This document shows, in pieces, positions 41,096 through 52,673 of a DNA stretch of 64,000 nucleotides. This stretch comes from Azolla caroliniana (Eukaryota > Plantae > Polypodiophyta). The stretch spans positions 23,622,001-23,686,000 of the forward strand of contig JBHGNT010000003.1 of assembly GCA_043228905.1 (NCBI GenBank), written 5' to 3'. Position numbers and translations under genes: made by a program. A model generated the notes under the pieces. The model saw nothing but the letters and a program-made list of their open reading frames with translations, made no database searches and was not told where the DNA came from. The first letter of the stretch is position 1. Every line of letters starts with the position of its first letter.

Positions 41096-41932
41096 TGAAA
41101 ATGTTCTTTTCTTTATAAATTAAAAAACTTTTTTAAACATGCACTCAAATTGTATTGAAATATCTGTTTATAAGAGAAAAAGAAGCATATCGATAATGCA
41201 AACAAGTATGTTGCACAATAAGATACCTTATGGTGAACATGTTCTTCATTGATCAACAAAAAATCAGTAACAATTGTGTTGATGGATTGGACCTTGCGAA
41301 TTCCGTTTACATATGGTCTATACAATATTCGTGTGATTCTCAATCACCACTTCAAACACTTTATGTTGATTTTCATAGTTTGGTTCATCTACAACAGAGA
41401 AACATTTATCTGGAACTAATAATGACAAGATGAGCATAACTATAAATGCTACAAATGCAAGAACTTAAGGTGGGGATTAATTTAATAGCTACAAATGTGG
41501 ATGTCCATGACCTAGGGCACTAAATTTGGATTGGTGGACGTAGTGATGCATTTAACACATTCGCGTTCACAAGTGGAAGGATTGCGCATTCCACTTGTAG
41601 AATCTTCTTGAAACTATCCAAATATACCCTCTCTACAAAAATTGGATGCACTAGTATCACATGTTCCACAACTTGATTAGAATTTGCAAATATAAAAATA
41701 CATGATAGGTCTACGAGTGGAGATCATTAGAAATCATGCAAGTTTGGACGTGTTGATAAGTTAATGTAGGCATAATAAAGTTCAACAATGGCTCAATATG
41801 TCACTAATGTGTGACATGGGAAACACTAAGTTAAAGACTTATATTAATTTGGTAAGTTTTACAAAAATATGAGGTGTACTTGTAACCATACTAATAAAAT
41901 GAGTTATAATTTATACTTTGACCCATACTTGC

Positions 41933-42210
41933 ATGTATATAATTGTGGATAATGTAGGGTAGTGCACTTTAGGATAATGCGATTGAAATAACTAACTTAT
42001 TAAAGTATTTAATACTTGTATTTAAAGTTGATCTAATCTATTCCTCAGTTTGTTCGTATGGGATCAAACCATATGTATATAATTGTGGACAATGTAAGAC
42101 AGTGAACTTTAGGATAATGTGGTGGAAATAACAAACCTATTAAGGCTTTCATATTTGTATTTAAAATTGATCTAATCTATTGCTTAGGTGATTCACACGG
42201 GATCAAACTC
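41933..42210. repeat. ~140-bp tandem duplication downstream of the methyltransferase gene
   Basis: atgtatataattgtgga...tttaggataatg...ttgatctaatctatt...gggatcaaac twice; gataacgctagtggaac also twice at ~42216 and ~42255. Confidence 0.85.
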
Positions 42211-42636
42211 CGAACGATAACGCTAGTGGAACTACAAGCGTATAAAAACATGCGGATAACGCTAGTGGAACCATTATCAACACACTACACAATCTAAGCA
42301 GCAATGGAAGAGAAACACAATAGTTTTAACAATAGAAGACAAAGATCCATAATAACAACATGGACAATCATGGCAACAATTCTACGACCATGTTATGTTA
42401 AGGTAAACTTTGACCAAAATCAGCCTCAATTTAAACTAATTCATGTTTCTCCATAAATTTGGTAGTCAGCAATGCACATGGTGAAACCAATGTCATAAGT
42501 CTACTAACCAAGTATATAAAAATAAAATTGAAACATATAGAAGATTATAAAGAATAGAATCCACCAAGTAAAACCCAAAATTTGTATTAATAATGTGAAA
42601 TCCAAACAATACATTTCGCGTTTTTAAAAGAGTCTA

Positions 42637-45600
42637 TTACATAGCAATCAAATCGTCAATGTCATTTTCTTCATCATCTTGTATAGAAGTCTCTTCGGCT
42701 ATACGTGCATTGGCTTCCCCTGTTAGCCGAGCCAACGAAATATCTTCTATAAGCTCATCATCAAGCTCGATTAGCTCCCCCGGTTCCCCAACCAACGGAG
42801 GAATAGGCTCTCGTAAAGCAGGTTGAAACCTTTCAGTATTAGTGAGATTCTTTGCACCGACCTCCTCGTCCTGGTCTGGGCACTCTTACAAAGCCTTAAT
42901 CCTCATGTTTATAAATATAACCTGCTCCTTGTCCTTCTCCAATGCAATAATGTTTCTAAAGAGCTTCAATGCACATGCAGACGTCGTTCCTGCGAAGAAA
43001 GTAACAAGAAGAATTAGTTCTCAAACAAAAAAGATTCAGTATTGGTTATCTCAAGATTGTTACCCTAGTTCGAGGAATACCTGTGCTAGAAAAGAGGTCT
43101 AATATCCAGTCTCCTTCGACAGAAAACATCTCAATCAAGTGCATCATAAGTCGTTGAGGTTTTTGGTATGGGTTGACAAGTCCCCATTTTGTCGCGGTGA
43201 CATGTCGCAATTTCCATGTCACTGTTGGATATACCAGCAGATTTGAACCTCCCACTTCATTAGAATTCTCCTTGATTCTTTGTTTCATAATTTCATTGAA
43301 GTAGCCAACCGTGATGTATTCAATGGCATTAACGAACCCAAAGGTTGGCCCTCTATTTACATTGGTTTTTATCCTATAACAAATATTACATCGAGTTAAG
43401 AATAGATTGAACAATCTTAAGAAAGGCAATATAGTGAATGAGACATATAAATAATCCTTACCACGCAAGGTTCTTGATGCCATGCCAACGAGATCTCAAA
43501 CCTTGAGCTACCGAGTACCCTTGGTCCATACTATGAAAGACAACTATTCTCCACAAGGATGCAGTCGTTAGCTCAACAAAATCCTTGACCATCTTCTCCA
43601 ACTGTTTAAACCTAAATGGTTCATCGTCGTATGATGACCCTGCCATTTGAAATCCGTAAGGAATATCAACAATCATTAGTGTATATTCCTTCTTTGGCAC
43701 TTTTTGGATCATGTCAACAACATCGTCGCAAACCACATTGTAGTAAAGATGTCTCGTAATATCTTTTTTGTGGCTAAATTTTTTGAAGGAGCCATCTTCC
43801 TCCATTTCGTATGCCTTGACTAAGTGACGATCCTTTTCTTTTCTGGCTCTCTCGAGATGTGCAAGGAAGGATGTCGCGAAATCGTGTATATCCTTAACTT
43901 CTCCTTGTTTCTTGCCACAACACGGTTTCTAATAGAAGCAATAGGACATCAAGTTTTATTATACAAGCTCTACATATAATGAAAGGTTAATGAAAAACCA
44001 CCAATACTAACCCAATCCTTGAATGTAATAAAATAATCCGATAACGCCTTATATGAAGACGTTAGAGGATAATCCTCGGTCACTTGTTCCCAATTTATAC
44101 ATCCAAGTTGTTTCATCATAACTTCTTGGATCTTCATGTACACCTTATGACTGTGAACTTAGAAAACGTGATTAGAACTTTCAATTGCACCATATTGACT
44201 TCAATATCACTATTTGAAAGACTTACTTATTGAACTCAGTGACCATTTCTTCAAGGCTTAAATCTTTGGCCACAACCCTTGACAAAACAGACACAAGAAG
44301 CTGCTCGTCCTTAATACCTTGCATCACTCTCCACAAAGACAGCTTCATGTCATCAACCGCTTCTTCAATTGTCAAATCAATTTTTTTGGTCGCTTGTGAC
44401 TTTAATTCTAGTTGAGGGTCTACCTTACATTTCTTTTGTCGTTGACCCTTGACTTCCTTATTCTCCCACATTGAGAAGATTTGATCTTGTAGGTCCCATA
44501 CTTCTCCATCTCTAAAGGCCAGTTGAAACCAAGTCTCATATTTTCGAAGACCATCAAACTTAACATTATCATCTACCACAATGCCGACTTCATGCAAGCA
44601 TTGACGTCATAGGCCTAGATGTAGCTTCACACCAAACTTTTGTTTGACGTCCAAATACTCTTGGTGGAAGAACTTTATACGCTCAATCGATGACATTTTC
44701 TGCCTATAGTCATTATCATTATTGTGGTCCCATGCCAACAACTTTGCCTCTTCAATTGTGAGACCCACGTAAATTTTGCACTCGGCATACTTGAAGAAGA
44801 AAGTCGTTGGATGTTCTCTGACAAGTTGCCGACGTGCCTCCGCCGAATGTGATCCACCAATGACAAAATAATTATATTGATCATGCTTTCTTATATCGAA
44901 ATCTTCAATGGTTTCACATTCTTCAGGATCCACCATAACAATAAAAGGCACAACGGTAGCATGTGGATTAATTTTCATTTCTTTCTTGAGATTTTGAACA
45001 TGCATTCGGTGTGGCTCTCTAATCTCAAGTGGTCTTCGTCCTGTTTTTTCATCAATAGGGGGCCAATGGATGTGTGTTATAGGCAAATTAAACACTTGCC
45101 CCTTCCTTACCAGTTTATGCTGCATTAACTCTCTCCGTATCTTATTCTGCTCAAATGACAACACACCCGATGCAAGCTCAGCTCCTGGCATCCCCTTAGT
45201 GTGCTCATCTTCGTTTTCACTTGATGAGTTGGAGTCTGACATTTTACTCGTCTTCTTTTTTGTTGGCCTTGATTGTACTTTAGATGCCCTTTTCGGGGCC
45301 TTTACTGGGGAGGGCAATGGCTCCCTTAGAGTTACATGGCCTTGTATATAAGGCCTCAAGGTAACAATAAGGTTTTGTGAGCTTTCTAGATCTTTTTTGG
45401 TCCACAAGATTCCTTTACTAGAAGATCGTCAGAAAGGAATACTTTACGTACCCCCTTAGAGCACTCTATCATTACAAGTATGTTGGCCGAATCTGAATCT
45501 TCGTAGTCAAATAATAGAATACGGCCATACATAATTGCGGTTTCATTTTCAAGTTGCCCCTCCCCTTCTTCTTTGTTGTATACAACACGACTTTTTTCTT

Positions 45601-46130
45601 TGAGTCGACGTATTGCATACACCATTCCTTGTCCGTTAGATCACGGTTAGGAAGGTCTTCACCACCAATAACTGCTAGTAGTTTTTTTTGGCTGACCTCA
45701 TTGGGTGGTTGAGATTTTGTCTCCTTGTTGAAGAGAAGCTTTTTTCCTCTCTTCATGTTCTCAGGAGCTATTAGGGTATGTGTTTCAATTGGAGAGCCCT
45801 GTATGCGGAGCTTTATCTTCTTCACAAGTCGGTCTGGCAAGTTCTTAAACGACCTATTTAAGAAAGGACATGCAAAAACATAAGTTAGGTGGTCACGTAG
45901 ATTAAGGTGTTATATTAAAATACAAATAATTAGACGAAGACAAAAACTAGCAGGCAATTTGTTGTAAACTATAAATATCAATCATGCATTGAGTGAACAT
46001 GGTAGTCCTTTATTCAGAAATCCATTCTAGTAAGGGCTATTCAACTTAGAAAAATATATATCTTAATAAGTATACAAGGATATATATTATCTTGAAGGGT
46101 AGGTATGGCTTACATTGATTCCATATCCAT
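42637..46130 (-). pseudogene. Intron-containing ParB/Srx-like domain plus beta-class DNA N6-adenine/N4-cytosine methyltransferase fusion gene (decayed copy)
   Basis: Exons 46114-46130, 44227-45853, 44012-44150, 43462-43928, 43081-43373, 42637-42989; GT-AG introns join in phase. ParB-like IREPHRMHVQNLKKEM...YFVIGGSHSAEAR...EAKLLAWDHN. MTase motif IV DIPY (43656-43667), NPYQKPQRLMMHLIEMFSVEGDWILDLFSSTGTT, RNIIALEKD. Lesions: two apparent frameshifts (~45630, ~45425) and stops at 44607-44609 and 42886-42888. Confidence 0.85.
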
Positions 46131-46375
46131 ATTCTAGAGAATTTGCATATGATAGACTTGATTTTGGTATCGTAAAGGTAATTTGTGGGTCATTTTCTAC
46201 TATTTTAAGCTATACTAGGTCATAAAACCTCTATAATTAAGGTCGCAATTTGTTACAAAATATGGCAAATCTCCATAAAAAAAGTTTGATTTTGACAGAA
46301 AGTTTGATATCTTTTCACACAATACTAAATTGTTGCCCCAAAGACACAATATTCCTCTTTGAATTGTGTGTTTTA

Positions 46376-46642
46376 TACAGGAACTCGATACGGCGTATCG
46401 TGTTCATGTATATAGTTCGTGTCTATACATGAACTCGATGCAGGGTATCGAGTTCATGTATCAAACACATACTTTACACAGGAACGGTGTATCGAGTTCC
46501 TGTATACAACGAGAACTTTATACAAGAACTCGATACGCCGTATCGAGTTCCTGTATAATGCTTGTGTTTTATATAGGAACTCGATACGACGTATCCAATT
46601 CTTCTGTAAAAGACGTACATAATACAGGAACTCAATACGGCG
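46376..46642. repeat. Palindrome array C: ~6 units of ~37 bp (ATACAGGAACTCGATAC-GNC-GTATCGAGTTCCTGTAT) with ~13-14-bp non-identical spacers
   Basis: Visible units with ~50-bp period; spacers atagttcgtgtct, caaacacatacttt, acaacgagaacttt, aatgcttgtgtttt; last unit cut at ~46642 by GC-rich foreign sequence. Confidence 0.9.
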
Positions 46643-47050
46643 TGGTACCGTCGTACCATTCTTCGGCCTCTGCCTGGGCCCTACCCGCTTCGTCCGGAAG
46701 GCTGACTAGCTCTGATTCTTTAGAATCCGGTTGCGTGCCAGACCTCTCTTCTTCCTCAACCATCGCCTTAAGAGCCTCGAACACTTCCCGAACCAAGGCT
46801 TCGACATCGAGCTTTGCCGATCCTTTTTGTTGCATGCCCGCTTCCTGCCGTGATGACACGCCGTCGCGCATTATCTTCTTTTTACTTTTCGCGAACCGCT
46901 CCTCGTCCATCCGTCGGCATACCCGTTCAACTTCCGACCAGTCCTCGGTAAGGCCATTTGCTCCTTCATCGTCTTCAAGCTCAATCCCGATGGCCTCCCA
47001 TTTCGCTCATCGACTTTGCTCTTGCTCCGGGAGCCGAGCAAGCCCCTATC
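46643..47050 (-). other. GC-rich coding-like fragment, probably retrotransposon-derived, abutting array C
   Basis: Abrupt GC increase; acidic/basic ORF pieces (46632-46910); no diagnostic motif recognised. Confidence 0.35.
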
Positions 47051-49832
47051 ATTTACACAATTTGTACAAGAGTGAGTGCACATGATGCACCCCGCCGATT
47101 CTTCTGATATTCCCCCGGTTTCTCACTATGGCCCAGAATCTTCACGACACCGTACTAGTTTTTCAAACGCGCATGGGGCCAATGCTAGGAAAGTTACGAT
47201 TCTGCTGGACACACGCTGGATAGGGCCATACTGGATAATTGGGGCAGAAAATGGGACCTTTTAGCTAGGTACCCTTGCCGGAGAAGTGTTATGCCAAAAA
47301 GTGAAAGGATTCCAACTGAGGCCTTACCTAGGATCTACACCCCCAAACCTGTTTCACACCGTAACGGAGATGGCGGATGGATCCCACATTAACCTGTAGC
47401 CGGGACCCACGGGTAACAAATGTAACAGTAGTGTTCTACCAGTAACAGTTGGAAAAGAAAAAAGAAAAAAAAAGAGAAGATATTCACGACTATTAAAAGG
47501 ACATTATGCATGGACAAGTCCCAAAACAAGAACACGCATCGCCACGATGTCACATAGGCCTATGAACCCTAATGCACAAAAAGAAGGGAACAGAAGGTTT
47601 TTTGCACATTACAGAAAACAACCTCCAACCTTCTCCTATCCTCGTTCCCCTCGCCCTTGTCGTGATCCTAGCTCTCCTCATGCTTCTCGCTCTCCTGCAT
47701 ACCACAGGCACCACGTATGGCGCAACTCACGTGCTTCATCGATCCTGCTCTCTCCGCACCAACCTTGTCCACCCACGATGTCGATCATCATCTCGGTAGC
47801 CTTGCGCAGATGGCTCCTGGAAAAGGGGTTTGAGGGGTACATCCGGGTAGCAGAAGCACCACCGCACCCCGATGCACTAGACATCGCCAGGAAGCTCAAC
47901 ATCGACACGGTGACGAATGCTAGTATCCGGAAGAAGTTGTGTCTATCTGCAATAGGCGAGAAGCACTTCGAAATTCCTCCATCTAAGAACTGGAGAGGTA
48001 TTTTGGACAATATTCGACATCCGCCAAGGCATATAGAACAAAGAAAATCCCGGATCCATTTTTTCGGGAGATTGTAAACTTCTTGCTGGAAGTCGTATGT
48101 GTACATGTTAACAGCTACGGAATACCAAAACAAAAGGCAGGCATTATCATTTACACATTCGAAGGTCGCGCCATAGATTGGGGAGTAATTACGGGACCAG
48201 TGCTACGAGGGGGACTTCACACATACCAAGCCAAAAAGAAGCTAAGGCCGATTATTCAACAGTACCTTATGGTACTGTTTCCACCACACAGACTCCCTGC
48301 TCCAGTGACTAGCAAACCTACACCCCCGCCACGATCTGCGAAACTGCGGCTAGCAGAATTGGCAACCATGGAATGGGAAGAAGAACCACAACCTTCCCCC
48401 TTCGTCGTGGAACCAACGCAACTAGATGAGACTATCAAAGCACCGACAACAAGGGGTGAGTAGGACCCAGAACTTAACTGCGGAAGCCCAAAGCCTAAGC
48501 GTCGTAGGCTAGATCAGAAAGATGGGCGTGGATTGGTAAAAGATACAGCCGCACTAGTCGAAACTTCCACCCCCACGGAACCCGCAACCACATTCGAGAA
48601 AATCCGTGAGCCACAATTGATCATTACGGCTCAGTCTCAACGTGGCAAAGGAGTGCTCACAGCAGAAAGAGAAGTCCTGAAATATGCGGACATTCTGGAT
48701 ACGGCCCATGAGTTCGGCACACTATTGCAGTTTGGAACGACATACGAACTCATGGAATTCCTGGCGACACAGCAGATCAAGGTGTCCTAGAGAATGGCTG
48801 AGGATCACGTTGAGCAACAAATGATTCAGCATGCACTGACAAGTACGACGGAAAGTGAAGATGAGGGGCCCCTTGCCAAGGTGGGCATAGAGCGTACCGC
48901 GGGAATGCGTCGTATGGGCATCGAATTACCTCCATTACATACGGCCCTGGTCGAAGTACATAGGGAATTGGCAAGAGTCAGTTCAGGCGACAAGGATATG
49001 GCAATTAAAAATAAAAATGTTTGGAAGAAAGTCAAGCTGACTCAAGACCAACTGTAGAAGGCACAAGAGCGCATTGCGCAATTAGAAAGCAACACGACTA
49101 TGACACAACATATCCCCGGACCTTACCCCAATAATAACGAGTTGAACACTTTACGGGAAGAGATGGAAGCTCAAACCGCCATAGCCGAAAAAGCGAAAAG
49201 GGCTACGCAGTTAGCCGAGACTGAGATCGACCGACTCCGCGCATAAGCGGATATCAGGGCCAAAGGAAGAAGGGCAGCCAAAACACTTGAGGATAAGCTT
49301 GACGCAGAGATAGCAGCCCATATCAGCACAAAAGAGGAAAAGAGGAAGTTGCAGGAGGAAGCAAAGAAGATAGAGGTCGTCATTGCGGGGCTCCGCAAGT
49401 TAATAGAAAGGAAGAAAGCATGGTACGATGAACAGATCATGCGTGAATGTGAACAGACACATCAGGTGGAAATCCGCCTGAACAATGAAATGGGACAGAA
49501 AGAGTCTCAGATATGGGCAAAGATGAAGAGTTGCTATGAGGAAGCAACAATGGCCAATAAGCGTAAAATTGAAAACCTCAAGAAGGCCCTGGACGAAGCA
49601 CAAGCCCATGCCCAAACGCTAACAGACAATGTCTGCATCCTCCTTCAAACAAATCGTGAGCGGTTTACAACACAATTGAAAGAGGCGTTGGACAAAGGAT
49701 GGGTAGTGTGGACTACGCAAGCACCGGAATTGCACACCTACCGGGTGGACTGGGAGAACCGCCGCAAAGAGGGCAAAGGCTTCTACAAACAAAATGAGGA
49801 GAGCATTGCGGCGGTACAAGAGGAGCTCACGT

Positions 49833-50468
49833 TGTCGTGAAGAAAACCGTCCACGAGCGGAATCGGTGCACCGGAGCGTAGAAACCGACTCTTCATGCAC
49901 GTGCGCCTTAAGTTGTACATAGGAGATCCTAGGTAGATTCGGTAGGTAGGGGGTAAAGGGGAAACGGCTCCTTCCTTGCCTATAAAAGGAGGGAGACGAG
50001 GAGGGTAGAAGCATCGCGGAGAGTCGAGGACGAAGTGCTGTCGGTTTGCGTGCGAAGGCTTCTCTCTCTCTCTCTTTCCGGTTGCAAACGCCATAGCTTC
50101 CTTCTGTGCAGGTTTCGGGAGGCTCGCGTTGCTCTGAGGAATGCCCGAGTGCTTCCGGCAGCACCTCCAACCTGCTCTTTCCCCTCTGTGCGTTTACGAG
50201 CAGGTATCGGCATCTGTTCGCCGGCCTGTTCGGTTGTAACCGACTTCGTGTTTGTTGTCTTCGTGTTCTTGTTGTTTGTCTTGTCAATACATACATACTT
50301 TCGTGTCTTTCTGTGTCGCTGTCCCACTCGCGTCTTTGCGTCGAAGGGCCGTGTCCCTGTGAATCTACGCTCGCACGTAGTGGGTCTCTTCTCTCTCTCT
50401 CTTACTCTTCGGTACAGGACCCCCGAGGTCCCGCCTCACTCCACGCATCCGCGAGGAATACCTCGACA
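49833..50468 (+). repeat. 5' LTR (636 bp) of the inner Gypsy
   Basis: TG...CA with 5-bp terminal inverted repeat; TATAAAA at 49981; followed by PBS. Confidence 0.93.
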
Positions 50469-50472
50469 TATT

Positions 50473-50490
50473 TGGTGAACCCGACGTGAA
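50473..50490 (+). promoter_or_regulatory. Primer-binding site complementary to tRNA-Trp
   Basis: TGGTGAACCCGACGTGAA is the exact reverse complement of the 3' 15 nt of the tRNA at 27080-27151 plus CCA. Confidence 0.95.
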
Positions 50491-50512
50491 GGAGGCGGCA
50501 GAAGAGCAGAAG

Positions 50513-52639
50513 ATGAGGGGGTCGGATCTCGCAGAGGCCATGGCTTCGGCCGTGGATCGGATATTGAGCACACGCGAGGGCACCGGTGCCCTCGACAGAG
50601 CCATTGAGGCGGTCGTCGGTACGATCGGCCGTTTCAGTGGAAAGGATGCTACGAAGTATTTGGCGTCCTACGGGGCGGAAATGCTGATGCGGGACATTCC
50701 GGAAGAGAGGCGTCTTGCCGGGTTCCCTCGAGTGGCGATGCCGAGCATCCATGCGGAGGTGCTCGAGGTACGGGCGGAGAGCCGTACCTGGGAGGAGTTC
50801 GAAGGCCGACTCCTAGAGAAATATGGGCTGGACGACGCGCTCCAGCTTTCGAAACGAGACTTCATGGAATGGGTGGAGTCCCCCGGCAAAGGAAGAAACG
50901 CGTCGGCACTCCTCCGGGAGTTCGAAGAACGCTTTGCGCGCCTTTCGGCGCTTGACCGAACCATTCTGGATACGAGCCGGGTCCTACTGTTCGTCAAGTC
51001 GGTGGACGAGCGGGACCGGGATCAAGTCGGCTCCTTGCTGGAAACCGAAGACGGGTTGACAACCGACTGGGCTGCGGTTAAGAGAGTCTGTGGCCGTTTC
51101 GACAAACGGCGAGAATGGGCTGACAACGGGGCGGCCGGTGCGGGCTCTGTTACAGCAAGGAGGCTTGAACCGGCACCGCAAGTGCGAAGGGAAGAAACCC
51201 GGGAATGGCTCGAAACCGGTCCGGCTTCGACCAGCATGGTCAATGGCTCGTCCGGAGGAGCAACGCTAGAGGAGTTGACGCGGGCGATAAAGGATCTCCA
51301 GATCGCCCAGACTCGAAGGGAAGGCGGCGAACCGGCTCGTGACCGACGGCCGGCAGCGGGGAACAGGTGCATGTGGTGCGACGAGGTCGGCCACATTCGG
51401 AAGGACTGCGGCGATTTCGCAGAGGCGTTGAGAAACCGGGTGGTGTACCTGTGGGAAGGCCGGGTGCACGCTAGCGACACCAGGAGGGCCCTGAGCCGAA
51501 ACGACGGGCGAGGAGGTATGAAGAGACTGATGGAAGAGGCAGCGGCCCGACACGTGGAGGCCATCCACTACTCGGCGTTAGCCGGTATTCGGGTTGGGGG
51601 CAGCGAGGCCCGAAAGGAGAGTAAAGACGGTTTCTGGCCGGCAATGCTGGAAGTCCTCGCCGGCGCGCGGCTGAGGAAAGATGAAACGGACCGCGCTGAG
51701 AGACGGGTCCGGGAAATAACCGGGTGGAGCGATCCGATCGAGGAGAAGACGGGCTTCGTAGAAGCCGCTTGCCGGAACTACGAGGCTCTGGTAGAAGAAA
51801 AACGAGTGGGGAAAGCCGGAGCGGCCGGGCCCTCACAACGGTACGAGACCCGATTCGGGCAACGACGGAACGATGCCGGTGGGCCCGGCCCGCAAGATAA
51901 CCCCAGGAAGGGCGGGTACCGACTGGGGACAGAAATAGAAAGGACTACGGACCTACCAAAGGTCCTAGAAGAACGGATCCTCGACAGCAAAGTGGAGCTG
52001 TCATTACGGGAGGTGCTAGGGATCGCCAAGAAGGAGTTCCACGACTCCATTGTAGACTTGGTGAAACGGAAGAGACTGTCGACGGAAACGGAACCGGAAA
52101 GACCGGTGGAGGTGCGGACGACGCACATCGACGACTCGGCGCTGGAAGATGAGTGGGCGGAGAGCCACTATTCGAGGCCACACTGGGCCCGAGCGACCAT
52201 GGAGACCCCGGTAAAGATCGGAGATGTTCAGGAACCGGTGGTGGCGTTGGTGGACCACGGTTCGGAAATAAACCTAATGTCCATGGACTTCTATAAGAAG
52301 GGAAAGTGGCCGATCAACACCAGGCATGGGTGGAAGATACGGGCGGCGACGCGCGCCACCGAGGAACTGCACGGGGCCTGCCCGAATGTGCGAGTAAAGA
52401 TCGGCGACATCGAGATTGACCAGCACTTCGTCGTACAGGAGACGTCCTCGCATCCGGTCATATTAGGGGAACCATACATCACGGCGGCGAGAATGGAGAC
52501 CAAGGTGCTGGACAACGGTTCGGCCTACGCGAGGGTCAAAAGCCAGGACGGGCGCCATTCGGTGCAATTTTTGACGGTGCAGCCGAACCACGAGAGAAAC
52601 CGCGAATCCCTCGGTGGCGAGTGCCGGGAGGATTTTTAG
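50513..52639 (+). CDS. gag: Gag plus aspartic protease of the inner Gypsy
   Basis: Open ~708-codon frame; zinc knuckle CMWCDEVGHIRKDC; protease ALVDHGSEINLM ... VILGEPY. Confidence 0.9.
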   Translation: MRGSDLAEAMASAVDRILSTREGTGALDRAIEAVVGTIGRFSGKDATKYLASYGAEMLMRDIPEERRLAGFPRVAMPSIHAEVLEVRAESRTWEEFEGRLLEKYGLDDALQLSKRDFMEWVESPGKGRNASALLREFEERFARLSALDRTILDTSRVLLFVKSVDERDRDQVGSLLETEDGLTTDWAAVKRVCGRFDKRREWADNGAAGAGSVTARRLEPAPQVRREETREWLETGPASTSMVNGSSGGATLEELTRAIKDLQIAQTRREGGEPARDRRPAAGNRCMWCDEVGHIRKDCGDFAEALRNRVVYLWEGRVHASDTRRALSRNDGRGGMKRLMEEAAARHVEAIHYSALAGIRVGGSEARKESKDGFWPAMLEVLAGARLRKDETDRAERRVREITGWSDPIEEKTGFVEAACRNYEALVEEKRVGKAGAAGPSQRYETRFGQRRNDAGGPGPQDNPRKGGYRLGTEIERTTDLPKVLEERILDSKVELSLREVLGIAKKEFHDSIVDLVKRKRLSTETEPERPVEVRTTHIDDSALEDEWAESHYSRPHWARATMETPVKIGDVQEPVVALVDHGSEINLMSMDFYKKGKWPINTRHGWKIRAATRATEELHGACPNVRVKIGDIEIDQHFVVQETSSHPVILGEPYITAARMETKVLDNGSAYARVKSQDGRHSVQFLTVQPNHERNRESLGGECREDF

Positions 52640-52673
52640 AGAGGGCTGCCAAGGCGTGGGGCCGAGACAGCCC
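52630..52673 (+). promoter_or_regulatory. Putative -1 ribosomal frameshift signal
   Basis: G GAT TTT heptamer (52630-52636) directly before the gag-PR stop, 6-nt spacer, then stem GGGCTG (52643-52648) / CAGCCC (52668-52673); pol is in the -1 frame. Confidence 0.7.

Noticed and set aside
42210-42295. CACTA terminus or Helitron 3' end for the MTase element (ctagtgg, cactacac)
   Set aside because: No matching opposite terminus, TSD or clear subterminal hairpin found
42637-46130. Bacterial or phage contamination as the source of the methyltransferase
   Set aside because: Has phase-consistent spliceosomal introns, host-like AT content and C>T decay, and is interleaved with plant TEs
46376-46642. 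CRISPR array
   Set aside because: Spacers are only 13-14 bp, repeats are full palindromes with a variable centre, there are no cas genes and the context is eukaryotic; kept as a palindrome array
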